Origin: a virus
Reading direction: 5' to 3' (one strand)
Length of the DNA: 43,649 bases
Virus record (IMG/VR): IMGVR_UViG_3300011742_000001
Location: 1-43,649 of that record
Numbering within the stretch: the stretch's first letter is position 1; each line of letters opens with the position of its first letter. Below, piece by piece: positions 15,808-24,490 of this stretch. Both the position numbers and the translations under genes were made by a program. The notes under the pieces are model-generated. The model was not told the origin of the DNA and did no database searches. It was given only the letters and a program-made list of their open reading frames with translations.

Positions 15808-16253
15808 GCTTCTGGCCACTCCCGGTTCATAGCCTGATCGAATACGCTGGAAAGCAGGATGTATTGCGGGGCATACAGCGCCCAGCCTGGTGCAACCTTC
15901 GGCTTGTCGCGAAGCTCGACCCGTGCCGTGTAGGACCAGCGATCAAGCCCGAACAGCGCCGGCCCCTGCGGGCTCTCAACGAATCGCGCCTGATGCTCGG
16001 TCAGCCCGATCGGGCTTCTCAGCTTAAGCGTGAACCATCCGGCCTTTGCGACATCGCTTGCCCATGCATCGAACAGCTGCGCCTGCGGCGTAGTGAAGAT
16101 CCAGCGCAGCGAGACGAAAGAGGGAACGCTGGTGAACCGGACGCGCTGCCGTGCCCGGCCGCTCTGCATTTCGGTGCGAACGATCTGATTCGCCGCCTCA
16201 ATGGCAAAGCCATCCCTGGTCGGAAACGGAAGCTCTACTGGATACTCATTCAT
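15804..16253 (-). CDS. Minor tail protein (lambda M position)
   Basis: Lies immediately downstream of the tape measure gene with a start/stop overlap. Assigned by gene order only. Confidence 0.6.
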   Translation of the reverse strand: MNEYPVELPFPTRDGFAIEAANQIVRTEMQSGRARQRVRFTSVPSFVSLRWIFTTPQAQLFDAWASDVAKAGWFTLKLRSPIGLTEHQARFVESPQGPALFGLDRWSYTARVELRDKPKVAPGWALYAPQYILLSSVFDQAMNREWPEA

Positions 16254-19200
16254 CGACCCACCCCAGATATTCCGAACTTCCGTCCGATTGCTTGCGATGC
16301 AGGTCCGTCGCTGTAGATGTCAGCGACGAATGCGTTCACGCTCCACGAGCCATCGCTGTTTTGAGTCTTCTCGACCTTGCCGGCCTTGCTTGAGTCTTCA
16401 ATCAGGTTGACGTTGACAGTCATGTCGCCACCGCCCTCGCCGCCGCTTGAAAGGAAATCCTTCAGGTCGGCGTTGGTGCGCTGATCAACCACTCGCTCCC
16501 CCTTTTCGAGCAGCCAAGTACCTTCACGAGGCACGCTGTCGATACCGTCGTGCGCCATACCAGCGAGCGACAGAGACGCAACAGCTCCAACCATCGGCGT
16601 CGTTGCTGCGATTGCTGCAGCAGCGGCGGCCGGCGCCATGAATGGGCCGACGATTGGAATTGCTGCTGTAGACGCGAAGGCGTTGATTGCCGCCATTTGC
16701 TGTGAAGCCAGGGCGTTGAAGGTCATCGTCGACGCAGCGCTTGCCTGAGTCGTTTTGCCGACCAGCAGTTGCACCGCCTGATAGGCAAGCCACTGCGCAG
16801 CCATCTGCCCTAGAGCGTTGACTACAGAGCGCGCCATCCCTTCGGCCATACCAGAAACTGCATCACTCAACGATTCGGCGTCGAACACCATTGATTCGAA
16901 GGCATCGCCGAAGCGGCTGCTGAACCCTTCCACGACATTGCCGGCCAGCTCGTCGAAATTGCCAAGGCTTTCCTCGGCTGCCGCAAGGTACCGCTCCCAG
17001 TAGCTGCCATTGACCTCAAGCAGCTTCTCGTCGCGCTCCTGCTCCAGCCTGATCATGGCCTCGTTGCGCTCCTCTGCCGTGAGCAGAGTTGCATCCATGA
17101 TGATTTGGCGGCGGCGCTCGTAAGACTGCTGAATCGCCTCCTCTTCGGTCATCAGTGCGTCGATGATCGATACCGCCTCGCGGTTCGTGCCCTCTTCGGC
17201 CTCGTTAACCTTGCGAATTGCTTCAGCCTGCTTCTCGTACGCCTCAACGGCCTGCAAGGCAGTGCGGGCGCTCGAAAGCTGGGCCTCAGTGGCTCCATCC
17301 ATCGACAGCTTGTACAGCGCCGCCTCAGTGGCGTTCATGCCGAGCATCTTCGCCTGCAGCTCAAGTGCGGACACCTGAGTCTGAAGCGTCTTCTCGGATG
17401 TCTTGCCGCGCGTGCGCTCAGCTTGCTCCAGGCGATACAGCGCGCCAGCCAGCTTTTCAGCCTCCTCGCGCTCTTCCTTGGTGGCTTCAGCACCGAGTGA
17501 CTGAATAGCCGCAAGTCGTGCGCGGGCTTCACCTTGAAGCTTTGCCAGTTCCAGCTGCTCGCGCATCCTGACGATTGCTTTCTGCCCGTCAGCGCTGGTC
17601 GTCGGCTCTTCCGGGTCGCTCAGCTCCGGCGCCTTGCTGCGCTTGCCGATCTCCTCATCTACCGCACGTAGACGCTTTCGATACTTTTCTAGCGCCTCGT
17701 CTGCGACCAGTGCTTTCTCAGCAGTGATTTCGAGTTCTTCACGCCACTCCTGAGCCTTCGCGCTATTCGGGAAGCGAGAAAGGTTGTCGCGCAGCGTCTC
17801 AACGCGTGCATTCAGCGCGGTCAGTTCGCCAGCCGCACCACTGGATTCGGTTTCGATCTTGGTGAGCAGGTCCGCACGCAGGGCGCGAAGCGTTGCATCA
17901 CCCAAGTCGTTGATCGAGTCGGTGAGCAGATCGACGGGCGGCTTTGCATCACGCGCATTGCTGGCGAACGTGTAGAGCGCGCCGGCAGCAAGCAGGATTA
18001 CGCCGGCAGGTCCACCTAGCAGAGCCATAGCGCTGCGCAGCCCATTGGCGACTACTGTGCCAGCGGTCATTGCCGTATTGAGCGCGTTCTGCGCTGCTGC
18101 GTGGCTTGTTGCAGCCTGCAATGCCAGCGCCTGGGCTGCTGAGAGGCTTCGCGCAGCAATCGCGTGAGCGTTGGTGCCTTTTGCTGCTTCGAACTCTGCC
18201 TTTGCGACCGCCAGTGCGGCCATTGCCGACTGACGCTCAGCAGCAGCGCGGGCGGCGATAACCGTTAGAGCTTCGCGCTCCTTGGCGATACGGACGACTG
18301 TCGCAACTGCTGCCTGCCCCTGTGCGGTGGTGTAGGCCAGCATTGCGGTTACAAGGCGCGCGCCCAGCGCGACGGCCAGGTATTCGGCGGCAGTGCTGAT
18401 GCCATCCAACGCGCCCTTCATCGCCTCGGTGTCTTCGCTGAACGCTAGAACCGAGTCGGCTGCAGCTGTGATGTTGTTCGTGACGCTCTGGATGGCTCCG
18501 CTTTGTTTCTCCACGGCGACGAGGATCGCAGTGATAGCAGTCTCGGCGCGAACCCCGGCGTCTTTCAGGTTGGTCGCCATGTTGGCGGCAGCCTTCGCGT
18601 TGTCGTCAAGCGACTTGCGCAGGCCTTCCGAAAGGTCGCGCGCAGACAACTTGCCGGCCGCACCCATTGCGCGAATCTCAGCAGCAGAGCGCCCGGTTGC
18701 GTCGGCAATCTCATTGATGACAGACGGCAGCGCAGAGGTAATCGTCTCCCACTGATCAGCTGCTACGCGGCCAGTGTTCATCGACTTCGAGAACGCGCTG
18801 ATAGCCGCCTCGGCGCGCTCGGCGCTGGTGGCGTTTGTCACGAACGCATACGACATCGAGTCCGTCACGTCCAGCGCCTGCTGAGTCGAGTAGCCCATAC
18901 TGCGGAGGCTGTCGGCGGTGCGGATGTACAGCTCTTGCGCCTCGGACAGTGATCGGTAGGTGCCATTTGCGGTATTCAGCAGGCGGCGCTGTACAAGCTC
19001 GAACTCGGCTTGGCTACGCGTGGCCATCTGCACGCGCTCGGCCATCTCCTGATAGGTCTGGACCAGCCCGGCAGCGGAACGCAGCGCCGACGCGGAAACA
19101 GCGGCGACTAGGGTTGTACCCAGTGCGGCGACGGCGGTCTTGAGATGGCCAGTAGCGATCGCGTTGCGCTTGGTCTGCCGCTCAAGCTGATCGAACCCGC

Positions 19201-19303
19201 CTTCAGCCTTGCGGGACGCAGCTTCCAGGCGATCCAAGTCGCTCGCAGCCTTCAGGCCGCTTGTGCTGTCCACGCTCAGGACTAGGCGGGCGTATTCGGT
19301 CAT
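16250..19303 (-). CDS. Tail tape measure protein (1017 aa)
   Basis: Very long Ala/Glu/Leu-rich coiled-coil protein following the G/GT chaperones. ATG 19303 has a GGAGAA SD. Confidence 0.9.
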   Translation of the reverse strand: MTEYARLVLSVDSTSGLKAASDLDRLEAASRKAEGGFDQLERQTKRNAIATGHLKTAVAALGTTLVAAVSASALRSAAGLVQTYQEMAERVQMATRSQAEFELVQRRLLNTANGTYRSLSEAQELYIRTADSLRSMGYSTQQALDVTDSMSYAFVTNATSAERAEAAISAFSKSMNTGRVAADQWETITSALPSVINEIADATGRSAAEIRAMGAAGKLSARDLSEGLRKSLDDNAKAAANMATNLKDAGVRAETAITAILVAVEKQSGAIQSVTNNITAAADSVLAFSEDTEAMKGALDGISTAAEYLAVALGARLVTAMLAYTTAQGQAAVATVVRIAKEREALTVIAARAAAERQSAMAALAVAKAEFEAAKGTNAHAIAARSLSAAQALALQAATSHAAAQNALNTAMTAGTVVANGLRSAMALLGGPAGVILLAAGALYTFASNARDAKPPVDLLTDSINDLGDATLRALRADLLTKIETESSGAAGELTALNARVETLRDNLSRFPNSAKAQEWREELEITAEKALVADEALEKYRKRLRAVDEEIGKRSKAPELSDPEEPTTSADGQKAIVRMREQLELAKLQGEARARLAAIQSLGAEATKEEREEAEKLAGALYRLEQAERTRGKTSEKTLQTQVSALELQAKMLGMNATEAALYKLSMDGATEAQLSSARTALQAVEAYEKQAEAIRKVNEAEEGTNREAVSIIDALMTEEEAIQQSYERRRQIIMDATLLTAEERNEAMIRLEQERDEKLLEVNGSYWERYLAAAEESLGNFDELAGNVVEGFSSRFGDAFESMVFDAESLSDAVSGMAEGMARSVVNALGQMAAQWLAYQAVQLLVGKTTQASAASTMTFNALASQQMAAINAFASTAAIPIVGPFMAPAAAAAAIAATTPMVGAVASLSLAGMAHDGIDSVPREGTWLLEKGERVVDQRTNADLKDFLSSGGEGGGDMTVNVNLIEDSSKAGKVEKTQNSDGSWSVNAFVADIYSDGPASQAIGRKFGISGVGR

Positions 19304-19320
19304 GCTGTTCTCCGGCCATG

Positions 19321-19343
19321 AAAAAGCCCGCACTAGGCGGGCT
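19321..19343 (-). terminator. Rho-independent terminator after the lipoprotein moron, 18 nt upstream of the tape measure start
   Basis: The minus strand reads AGCCCGCctagtGCGGGCT followed by TTTT. Confidence 0.7.
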
Positions 19344-19360
19344 CTTGTAATGCTTTGCGA

Positions 19361-19672
19361 CTATCGGCGCGGATCGCCAACCTCGCTTGTCGTGTACCTC
19401 AAGACCTTGCCTTGAGGGTCTAGCGTTACTGTGAGTGATTGGTTCTGGTAGCTCGACCCAGCGAACCCGACCTTTGCATAGGCCCAGCCGATGATCTCGG
19501 TGCCGTCCGAGTTGCGAGAGGTGACGACCGGCTTGCCGAAGCTGGCCAGCAATTCCTGCTTGGTCGTTTTGCCCTCCTCGATCTGATCAATCTGCGCCTG
19601 CGTGATTGGCCGGCCGTGTGATGCACAGCCGGCGGCCAAGATTAGCGCCGCGGCGATGAGAATCTTGCGCAT
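19361..19672 (-). CDS. Outer-membrane lipoprotein, BamE/SmpA-OmlA-like (103 aa); a moron
   Basis: MRKILIAAALILAAGC has a signal peptide plus an LAAGC lipobox. ITQAQIDQIEEGKTTKQELLASFGKP...GWAY resembles BamE. GGGAGGGG SD. It sits between the tail chaperone and tape measure genes. Confidence 0.8.
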   Translation of the reverse strand: MRKILIAAALILAAGCASHGRPITQAQIDQIEEGKTTKQELLASFGKPVVTSRNSDGTEIIGWAYAKVGFAGSSYQNQSLTVTLDPQGKVLRYTTSEVGDPRR

Positions 19673-19704
19673 GGTTCCCCTCCCTGTTCGAAAGGGCCAG
19701 ATTA

Positions 19705-20327
19705 TCACCGATTCTCGGCCATCGCTTTCAGTGCGGCGCGCTCCATGATCTGCATCGCTTCAAGGTGGTCGCGCTGCTGGCTGCGCCTGACGCCATTCAT
19801 GCGGAACAGAGATTCAAGAGCCGTGTAGTCCAGGCCAGTCGGGCCTTTCATGCCCATGCGCCACTGGGTCTGCATCGAAAGGAAGATGTCGAACACCTGC
19901 CAGTTCTCTGGCCATATTCCGAACCGCTCTTCCGGGAAGTCTTCGGGGCGCAAGCCGAACCGAGCCATTTCTTCCGGGTCGGCGCCCTTCCGATACAGCC
20001 GCTCGACAGCCCCCGCTAGTTTCCCCGGCGACCGTCCACCAGCGCATTGATGTAGGCGGTCAGAATGGCCTTTGGCGCCATGACGTAGTTCTTGCACAGC
20101 AGTTCGATACTGCCTGCGGTGAATTCTTCTTCGAGATCCCAGCCGGCCAGAATCTCGCCCAGCAGCTCGGGGTCTTTGATGCTCCGGTTTTTCACCAGCG
20201 CGTCGAGGCTGTCCTTGTCGCGGTGCTTGAACTCCATCACCGGCTTGGCGACCTGGCCGTCAGGCAGCGGGATTTCTACCGGCGCCTTGAAGGTTGGATT
20301 CGGGGTCAGGGTGAATTTCACGCTCAT
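19705..20327 (-). CDS. Tail assembly chaperone GT fusion produced by a -1 frameshift at 20019-20025
   Basis: After the slip, the -1 frame reads GKLAGAVERLYRKGADPEEMARFGLRPEDFPEERFGIWPENW... (DUF1799-like T domain) through to the stop at 19705. Confidence 0.75.
20016..20327 (-). CDS. Tail assembly chaperone G (103 aa)
   Basis: Positioned between the major tail and tape measure genes. It ends CGG GGA AAC TAG. Confidence 0.8.
   Translation of the reverse strand: MSVKFTLTPNPTFKAPVEIPLPDGQVAKPVMEFKHRDKDSLDALVKNRSIKDPELLGEILAGWDLEEEFTAGSIELLCKNYVMAPKAILTAYINALVDGRRGN
20019..20025 (-). promoter_or_regulatory. Programmed -1 ribosomal frameshift slippery heptamer G GGA AAC
   Basis: Canonical X XXY YYZ in the zero frame just before the G stop; compare lambda G GGA AAG. 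The downstream ORF is open in the -1 frame. Confidence 0.75.
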
Positions 20328-20380
20328 GGATCGTCCCTATCTGGAAAGAGTAGGCCCGCCGAGTGACGGGCCTTCACGCA

Positions 20381-21028
20381 TTACGCGGCGTAGCGCATTG
20401 GCTCGGAAGTGAGCGACACGGTGCTCTGCAGGCCCATCAGCTCGTTCTTGGTGAGCGTCGGGGTTTTGTTGAGGGTCACGTAACCGTTGTAGAAGATCGC
20501 GGAGCCGGACGGCAGCACGACCGATACGGCGCGCGGAATGCGGTCGTCGTTGGCGTCGGACAGGATGCTGTACCAGGGCAGCTCAGCGTCGTCGCCGATG
20601 GTCATGGCGAAGCTGGACGCGCTCTTAACGGTCGGGATCTGGTGCTCGACATCCTCCTCAAGGAACGAGTAGGTGACGAACTGCTGCTCGCCGCCAGAAG
20701 TGGTGAACTCCAGAACCTGCGTGATCTGCTGCCAGGTGCTGACCTTGCGCACGGATCCGGCGCCACCGCCAGCCGGGTACAGGTTGGCCGAGGTGGTGTT
20801 GATGCCTTCCAGCTCGAAGGTGTCGGCGGTAACGTTGGCGACCCGAGCGACGCGGCTGTTCAGGCGCGACCAGCCGGAGGTGACTTCGACGATATCGCCA
20901 TTGGCCAGGCCGTGGCCCACTGCTGAAGCAACGGCCGGGTTGGCGTTCGATACGGCGGTGACTGTGATCGGCGCGGCATACGCGGAAGCGATGGATACTA
21001 CGGCGCCGTTGGGTAGGCTCACACTCAT
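20381..21028 (-). CDS. Major tail (tube) protein (215 aa)
   Basis: Placed by position and size. ATG 21028 has a GAGGAAAA SD. The ORF-track start at 21061 lies inside the upstream terminator. Confidence 0.8.
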   Translation of the reverse strand: MSVSLPNGAVVSIASAYAAPITVTAVSNANPAVASAVGHGLANGDIVEVTSGWSRLNSRVARVANVTADTFELEGINTTSANLYPAGGGAGSVRKVSTWQQITQVLEFTTSGGEQQFVTYSFLEEDVEHQIPTVKSASSFAMTIGDDAELPWYSILSDANDDRIPRAVSVVLPSGSAIFYNGYVTLNKTPTLTKNELMGLQSTVSLTSEPMRYAA

Positions 21029-21047
21029 GGGTTTTTCCTCTGGGTAT

Positions 21048-21070
21048 AAAAAAACCGCCATATCGGCGGC
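21048..21070 (-). terminator. Intrinsic terminator/attenuator upstream of the major tail gene
   Basis: The minus strand reads CCGCCgatatGGCGG followed by TTTTTTT. Confidence 0.6.
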
Positions 21071-21091
21071 TCTGGATTGCCCAACGGGCGG

Positions 21092-21505
21092 TTAAATCGT
21101 GTCGGCCCGGTAGGTGAAGCTCACCGGAACCATGAAGTGAAGGTCGCCAGTGATGGGCGGGCCTTCGCTGCAGGGGCTCGTGATCTGCATTGCGAAGCTT
21201 CCAGACGTGAGGCGATCGTTCAGCGGGAACAGCTCGGCGAGGTCAGCGGCCAGCGTTTCCGCATCTGTCGGCCCTTTGCCTTTCGGCACGAACACGCTGA
21301 TCTGGCACACGCCGCTGTACTCGCGATGTGCTCCGGCCAGGTCGGCGCTGTCGGTCGGCGCCTTGAGCAGGTTGAAGCGCAGGTACTGGCCCGCTGGCGG
21401 GGTGAATGGAATGTTCTCCCAGGCAACCGGCAGCGAGCGCGCAGCAGCAAAGGCGCTCAGCCTGCCCTGAAGCAGCGAACGAATCAGCTTTTGGGACATG
21501 GTCAC
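21092..21505 (-). CDS. Tail terminator / tail completion protein (DUF4128-like from memory)
   Basis: LPVAWENIPFTPPAGQYLRFNLL...GVCQISVFVPKGKG pattern. GTG 21505 overlaps the upstream TGA; ATG 21499 is an alternative start. Confidence 0.7.
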   Translation of the reverse strand: MTMSQKLIRSLLQGRLSAFAAARSLPVAWENIPFTPPAGQYLRFNLLKAPTDSADLAGAHREYSGVCQISVFVPKGKGPTDAETLAADLAELFPLNDRLTSGSFAMQITSPCSEGPPITGDLHFMVPVSFTYRADTI

Positions 21506-21897
21506 ACCTTGTTCTTGGCAATGGCGTCTGCCAGGTTCTTTTGCACTCGGGCGAAGTTCACCCGAACCATTCCGGCCGGCGCCTGCTTACTGCTGCCGTA
21601 CTCCAGCTCCTCGATGTAGGGCAGATTGTTGGCGATATAGGTTTCCTGTCCTGCGCCCTTTGGCGTGTTGGCGGCTACCTCTGCCATTGCCTGCTGCCCG
21701 CTCTTGTCGAGCCGCTCAGGCACGGAACTGGACGGCTGGCCTACAGTGGTTTCCCATGCCCCTCTTGCTCGCCCGGTGTCGACTGGAGTGTCACGAATCA
21801 CGCTGTTGAACAGGGAGAGCGTCACAGCCCGCACCGTTCGGTCGACTGATTCGTCAGCCTTCAGCGCAAACTTCCGCACATCGTCAGAAAACCCCAT
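21502..21897 (-). CDS. HK97 gp10-like head-tail joining protein (131 aa)
   Basis: MGFSDDVRKFALKADESVDRTVRAV...DTPVDTGRARGAW is characteristic of the gp10 family. ATG 21897 is coupled to the upstream stop. Confidence 0.7.
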   Translation of the reverse strand: MGFSDDVRKFALKADESVDRTVRAVTLSLFNSVIRDTPVDTGRARGAWETTVGQPSSSVPERLDKSGQQAMAEVAANTPKGAGQETYIANNLPYIEELEYGSSKQAPAGMVRVNFARVQKNLADAIAKNKV

Positions 21898-22274
21898 CAC
21901 CGCCTCCCCTGCAGCTCGTACACAAGCGGCGTACCGGCTGGGTTGATCTCCTTGATGTTGACGATGGTCCACGTTGCGCCGTCGGCTAGCACGGTTGTGG
22001 TGAGCGTCGGTGGCGTGATGCCTTGTGCTGCGACGAGGATCTTCTTGTCGCCCTGCTTGATGACCGTGCCCTCGGCGTAGCTCATGCCGGACTGCTGTAG
22101 CGCGTAGTCCTGCAGGATGGCCTGTGCCGGCTGGTCGACCTCGACATCAGGCGTCTGCAAGCCAGTCACCGGGTCGTACTCGCCCGGCACCGTGTCGCGC
22201 AGGGTGATGGTCTGGCCGAAACGCGAAATTAAGCGGAGCGCCGTCGCCCCCATCTTGTCGTAGAAGGCTGACAT
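21897..22274 (-). CDS. Head closure / head-tail adaptor protein (125 aa)
   Basis: Placed by gene order and size. GGAG SD. Confidence 0.6.
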   Translation of the reverse strand: MSAFYDKMGATALRLISRFGQTITLRDTVPGEYDPVTGLQTPDVEVDQPAQAILQDYALQQSGMSYAEGTVIKQGDKKILVAAQGITPPTLTTTVLADGATWTIVNIKEINPAGTPLVYELQGRR

Positions 22275-22288
22275 GGCAAACTCCGGGC

Positions 22289-22312
22289 AAAAAGAAACCC
22301 GCCGAAGCGGGT
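22289..22312 (-). terminator. Rho-independent terminator after ORF 22332..22697
   Basis: The minus strand reads ACCCGCttcgGCGGGT followed by TTCTTTTT. Confidence 0.7.
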
Positions 22313-22331
22313 CTTGGTGTTCTGTGGTGAC

Positions 22332-22697
22332 TTACTCGCCGCCCAGCTCAACGCTACAGCCGGCATAGATTCCAGCCGGATACTGTTTGCTTAGCTCTTG
22401 ACTCTCAAGTGTCCGAATATCAACGCCTGTCGGAGTATCGCCGAACTCTCGTTTGATCTCTTCGAACGCGGCCCGCATGTGTCGATCAATGATCGCCTGC
22501 ATGGCTTGCTTGGTGTCGCGGTATTCAGTGATGGTCTTCGCAATGGTCATGGCTGCTGCCTCTGCTGCGGATGATCCGTCACTCATGATATCAGCAACGA
22601 AGGCATCTACGATCCATTCACCGGGCAACAATGGCTTTGCCGCCTCGGGCATGACGCCATCACCCACAAATCCACCTTTTCGATAGCCATTCCTCAT
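22332..22697 (-). CDS. Hypothetical protein (121 aa) inserted in the connector module
   Basis: ORF in the late-operon orientation. It is visibly less GC-rich than its neighbours and is followed by its own terminator. Confidence 0.7.
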   Translation of the reverse strand: MRNGYRKGGFVGDGVMPEAAKPLLPGEWIVDAFVADIMSDGSSAAEAAAMTIAKTITEYRDTKQAMQAIIDRHMRAAFEEIKREFGDTPTGVDIRTLESQELSKQYPAGIYAGCSVELGGE

Positions 22698-22701
22698 ATT
22701 G

Positions 22702-23196
22702 TCACGCCCTCACGGCAAATAGGCCACGCTTGACCAGATAATCAGCGAACTGTGTCCGACTTGGACGGTCCGGTGCGGCCGGCAGCAGATAGCCAGACTT
22801 GTTCTCGGCGTACTGCACGTCGACGGCGCCCTCTACGCGCTCGCGGATCACTGCGCCTTGGCGCTGGGCAGGCGGGTCGATGTCATCGGCGTGAATCTCG
22901 GCAGCCAGGGCCATCTGGCCGTACTGAATTTGGCGGGGAATCAGAGTGGACGGCTTGATCTCGCCGTCTACCTCTACCCCGGTGCGCGGAAAGGCAAGCG
23001 CCTGGCTTGCGCTGGTCTTCTTGCCCTTCCACGACATGACATTCATCGCATCGGCGGCGCGGCGCAGCAGTGCCTCCTGCTCGGCTTCCGTGGCCGGTAT
23101 CGTGCGGCCGTACTTGGCGGCATATGACACCAGCTCGGCGGCAGTCGCATAGCTCTCGGCGTCTTCGAGGCCGGCGCCCGATTCGATGATCAACAT
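22702..23196 (-). CDS. Head-tail connector/adaptor (gp6-like, DnaT-like N-terminal domain)
   Basis: The N-terminus LEDAESYATAAELVSYAAKYGRTIPATEAEQEALLRRAADAM is typical of gp6-type adaptors. GAGGAA SD. Confidence 0.65.
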   Translation of the reverse strand: MLIIESGAGLEDAESYATAAELVSYAAKYGRTIPATEAEQEALLRRAADAMNVMSWKGKKTSASQALAFPRTGVEVDGEIKPSTLIPRQIQYGQMALAAEIHADDIDPPAQRQGAVIRERVEGAVDVQYAENKSGYLLPAAPDRPSRTQFADYLVKRGLFAVRA

Positions 23197-23199
23197 GCT

Positions 23200-23412
23200 T
23201 TATTCCTCGGTGGTGCGCTTGCGGCTGCGTGCTTGCGGCTGTGCGTCCCCGCCGCCGTTGTTCGTGGCGCCTTCGTCCTTTGGCTCGCTGCGGCCGTGCT
23301 CGACGCCGCCAGTCTCGCCGACAGTCTTCGGGCCAACGGTGATGTTACCCGCGTCACCGCCGAAGCCCCAGCGCGCCTTGCTGTTGGGGTTCATGTATTT
23401 GTCTTCTTGCAT
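23200..23412 (-). CDS. Hypothetical Gly-rich small protein (70 aa) downstream of the capsid gene
   Basis: AGGAGA SD 6 nt upstream of ATG 23412. Confidence 0.6.
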   Translation of the reverse strand: MQEDKYMNPNSKARWGFGGDAGNITVGPKTVGETGGVEHGRSEPKDEGATNNGGGDAQPQARSRKRTTEE

Positions 23413-23436
23413 GGGAATCTCCTGATGCTTGAAGGG

Positions 23437-23457
23437 CCGGCCTCACGAGGAGGCCGG
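23437..23457 (-). terminator. Stable 8-bp hairpin after the major capsid gene (weak terminator or mRNA stabiliser)
   Basis: CCGGCCTCctcgtGAGGCCGG on the minus strand. It has no clear U-tract. Confidence 0.35.
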
Positions 23458-23463
23458 AACCGG

Positions 23464-24474
23464 TTAGGCCGCGACGCTGGACAGCACGAACGCGATCGGA
23501 ACCTGCTTGCGATCCAGCTTGCGCTCCCAGTTGGCAGCGAGAGCCAGGTCAGCCCACGAGGCCGAGGCCGGGCGGGTTTCGGTGCCGTTGCCGGTGATGG
23601 TAGTGGAGGTGAACGCGTAACCCAGCGGATGGATCACGAAGTTGCGACGGCTCCACAGGGTCTCAGCGCCGCCGCCGTTGCCGCGCTCGGGCTCGCGCAC
23701 GTACTCCAGACCATCCTCACCGGCCGGCTGCTGCTCGGCGTAACCGAGGGCGCCTGGGCGGAAGATGACGGACAGGTACTTGTTCGGAGTGCCCGCAATT
23801 ACCGGCATTCCATCGTCAACCACGACGCGCATACCCTGATAGCGACCGAACTCGGGAATCTGGTCGGCGATCGGGGTGAAGTCGATCAGGTTGAGGATCT
23901 GCAGCTCGGCATGCACCGCGGAGTGCATCGCGATGACGCCGAGAGTCGAGCCGCCGTAGTCGCCCATGGTGGCGCGTGCCTGGATGATCGCAGCTGCAGT
24001 GATCGGGCCGCCTGCATCTACAACCATGTCGCCACCGTTACCAGCAACGTTGTCGTTGTACAGGCCGACAGCGGTCGCGATGGTGCGGCGCTGGGCAACC
24101 TTCTGCCAGTAGCTCATCAGGCGCGAGCCGACGTACTCCAGCGGGTCCTGCTTGGTGATGTTCTTCACCAGGTTCATCGCGTTCCAACCTTCGTTCAGGT
24201 AGGCAGCGCGAGCCTGCATGCTGGAGGTGGCCACAGACAGCGGAGTCGCGATGTCGGTGTACACGTCGTTCGAGTAGTTCGACTCGACCGAAGCATCCAG
24301 GTCAACCCACCACGGAATGGTGAAGGTGTTGGACGGGCTGGCCAGCAGCTGGGACATGTCGTTGTTCTGAACGAGGATGCCCGAGGAGAAGAACGCGGTC
24401 TGCTCCACGCTGGTCACGTTGATGTAGTCGCGCAGTTCGTCGCGGAAGACTACGTCGGAAAGAATGGTAGGCAT
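23464..24474 (-). CDS. Major capsid protein (336 aa)
   Basis: Placed after the scaffold gene. AAGGAA SD. Size and position fit; the family was not recognised by eye. Confidence 0.8.
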   Translation of the reverse strand: MPTILSDVVFRDELRDYINVTSVEQTAFFSSGILVQNNDMSQLLASPSNTFTIPWWVDLDASVESNYSNDVYTDIATPLSVATSSMQARAAYLNEGWNAMNLVKNITKQDPLEYVGSRLMSYWQKVAQRRTIATAVGLYNDNVAGNGGDMVVDAGGPITAAAIIQARATMGDYGGSTLGVIAMHSAVHAELQILNLIDFTPIADQIPEFGRYQGMRVVVDDGMPVIAGTPNKYLSVIFRPGALGYAEQQPAGEDGLEYVREPERGNGGGAETLWSRRNFVIHPLGYAFTSTTITGNGTETRPASASWADLALAANWERKLDRKQVPIAFVLSSVAA

Positions 24475-24490
24475 ATCTGTGATTCCTTGG

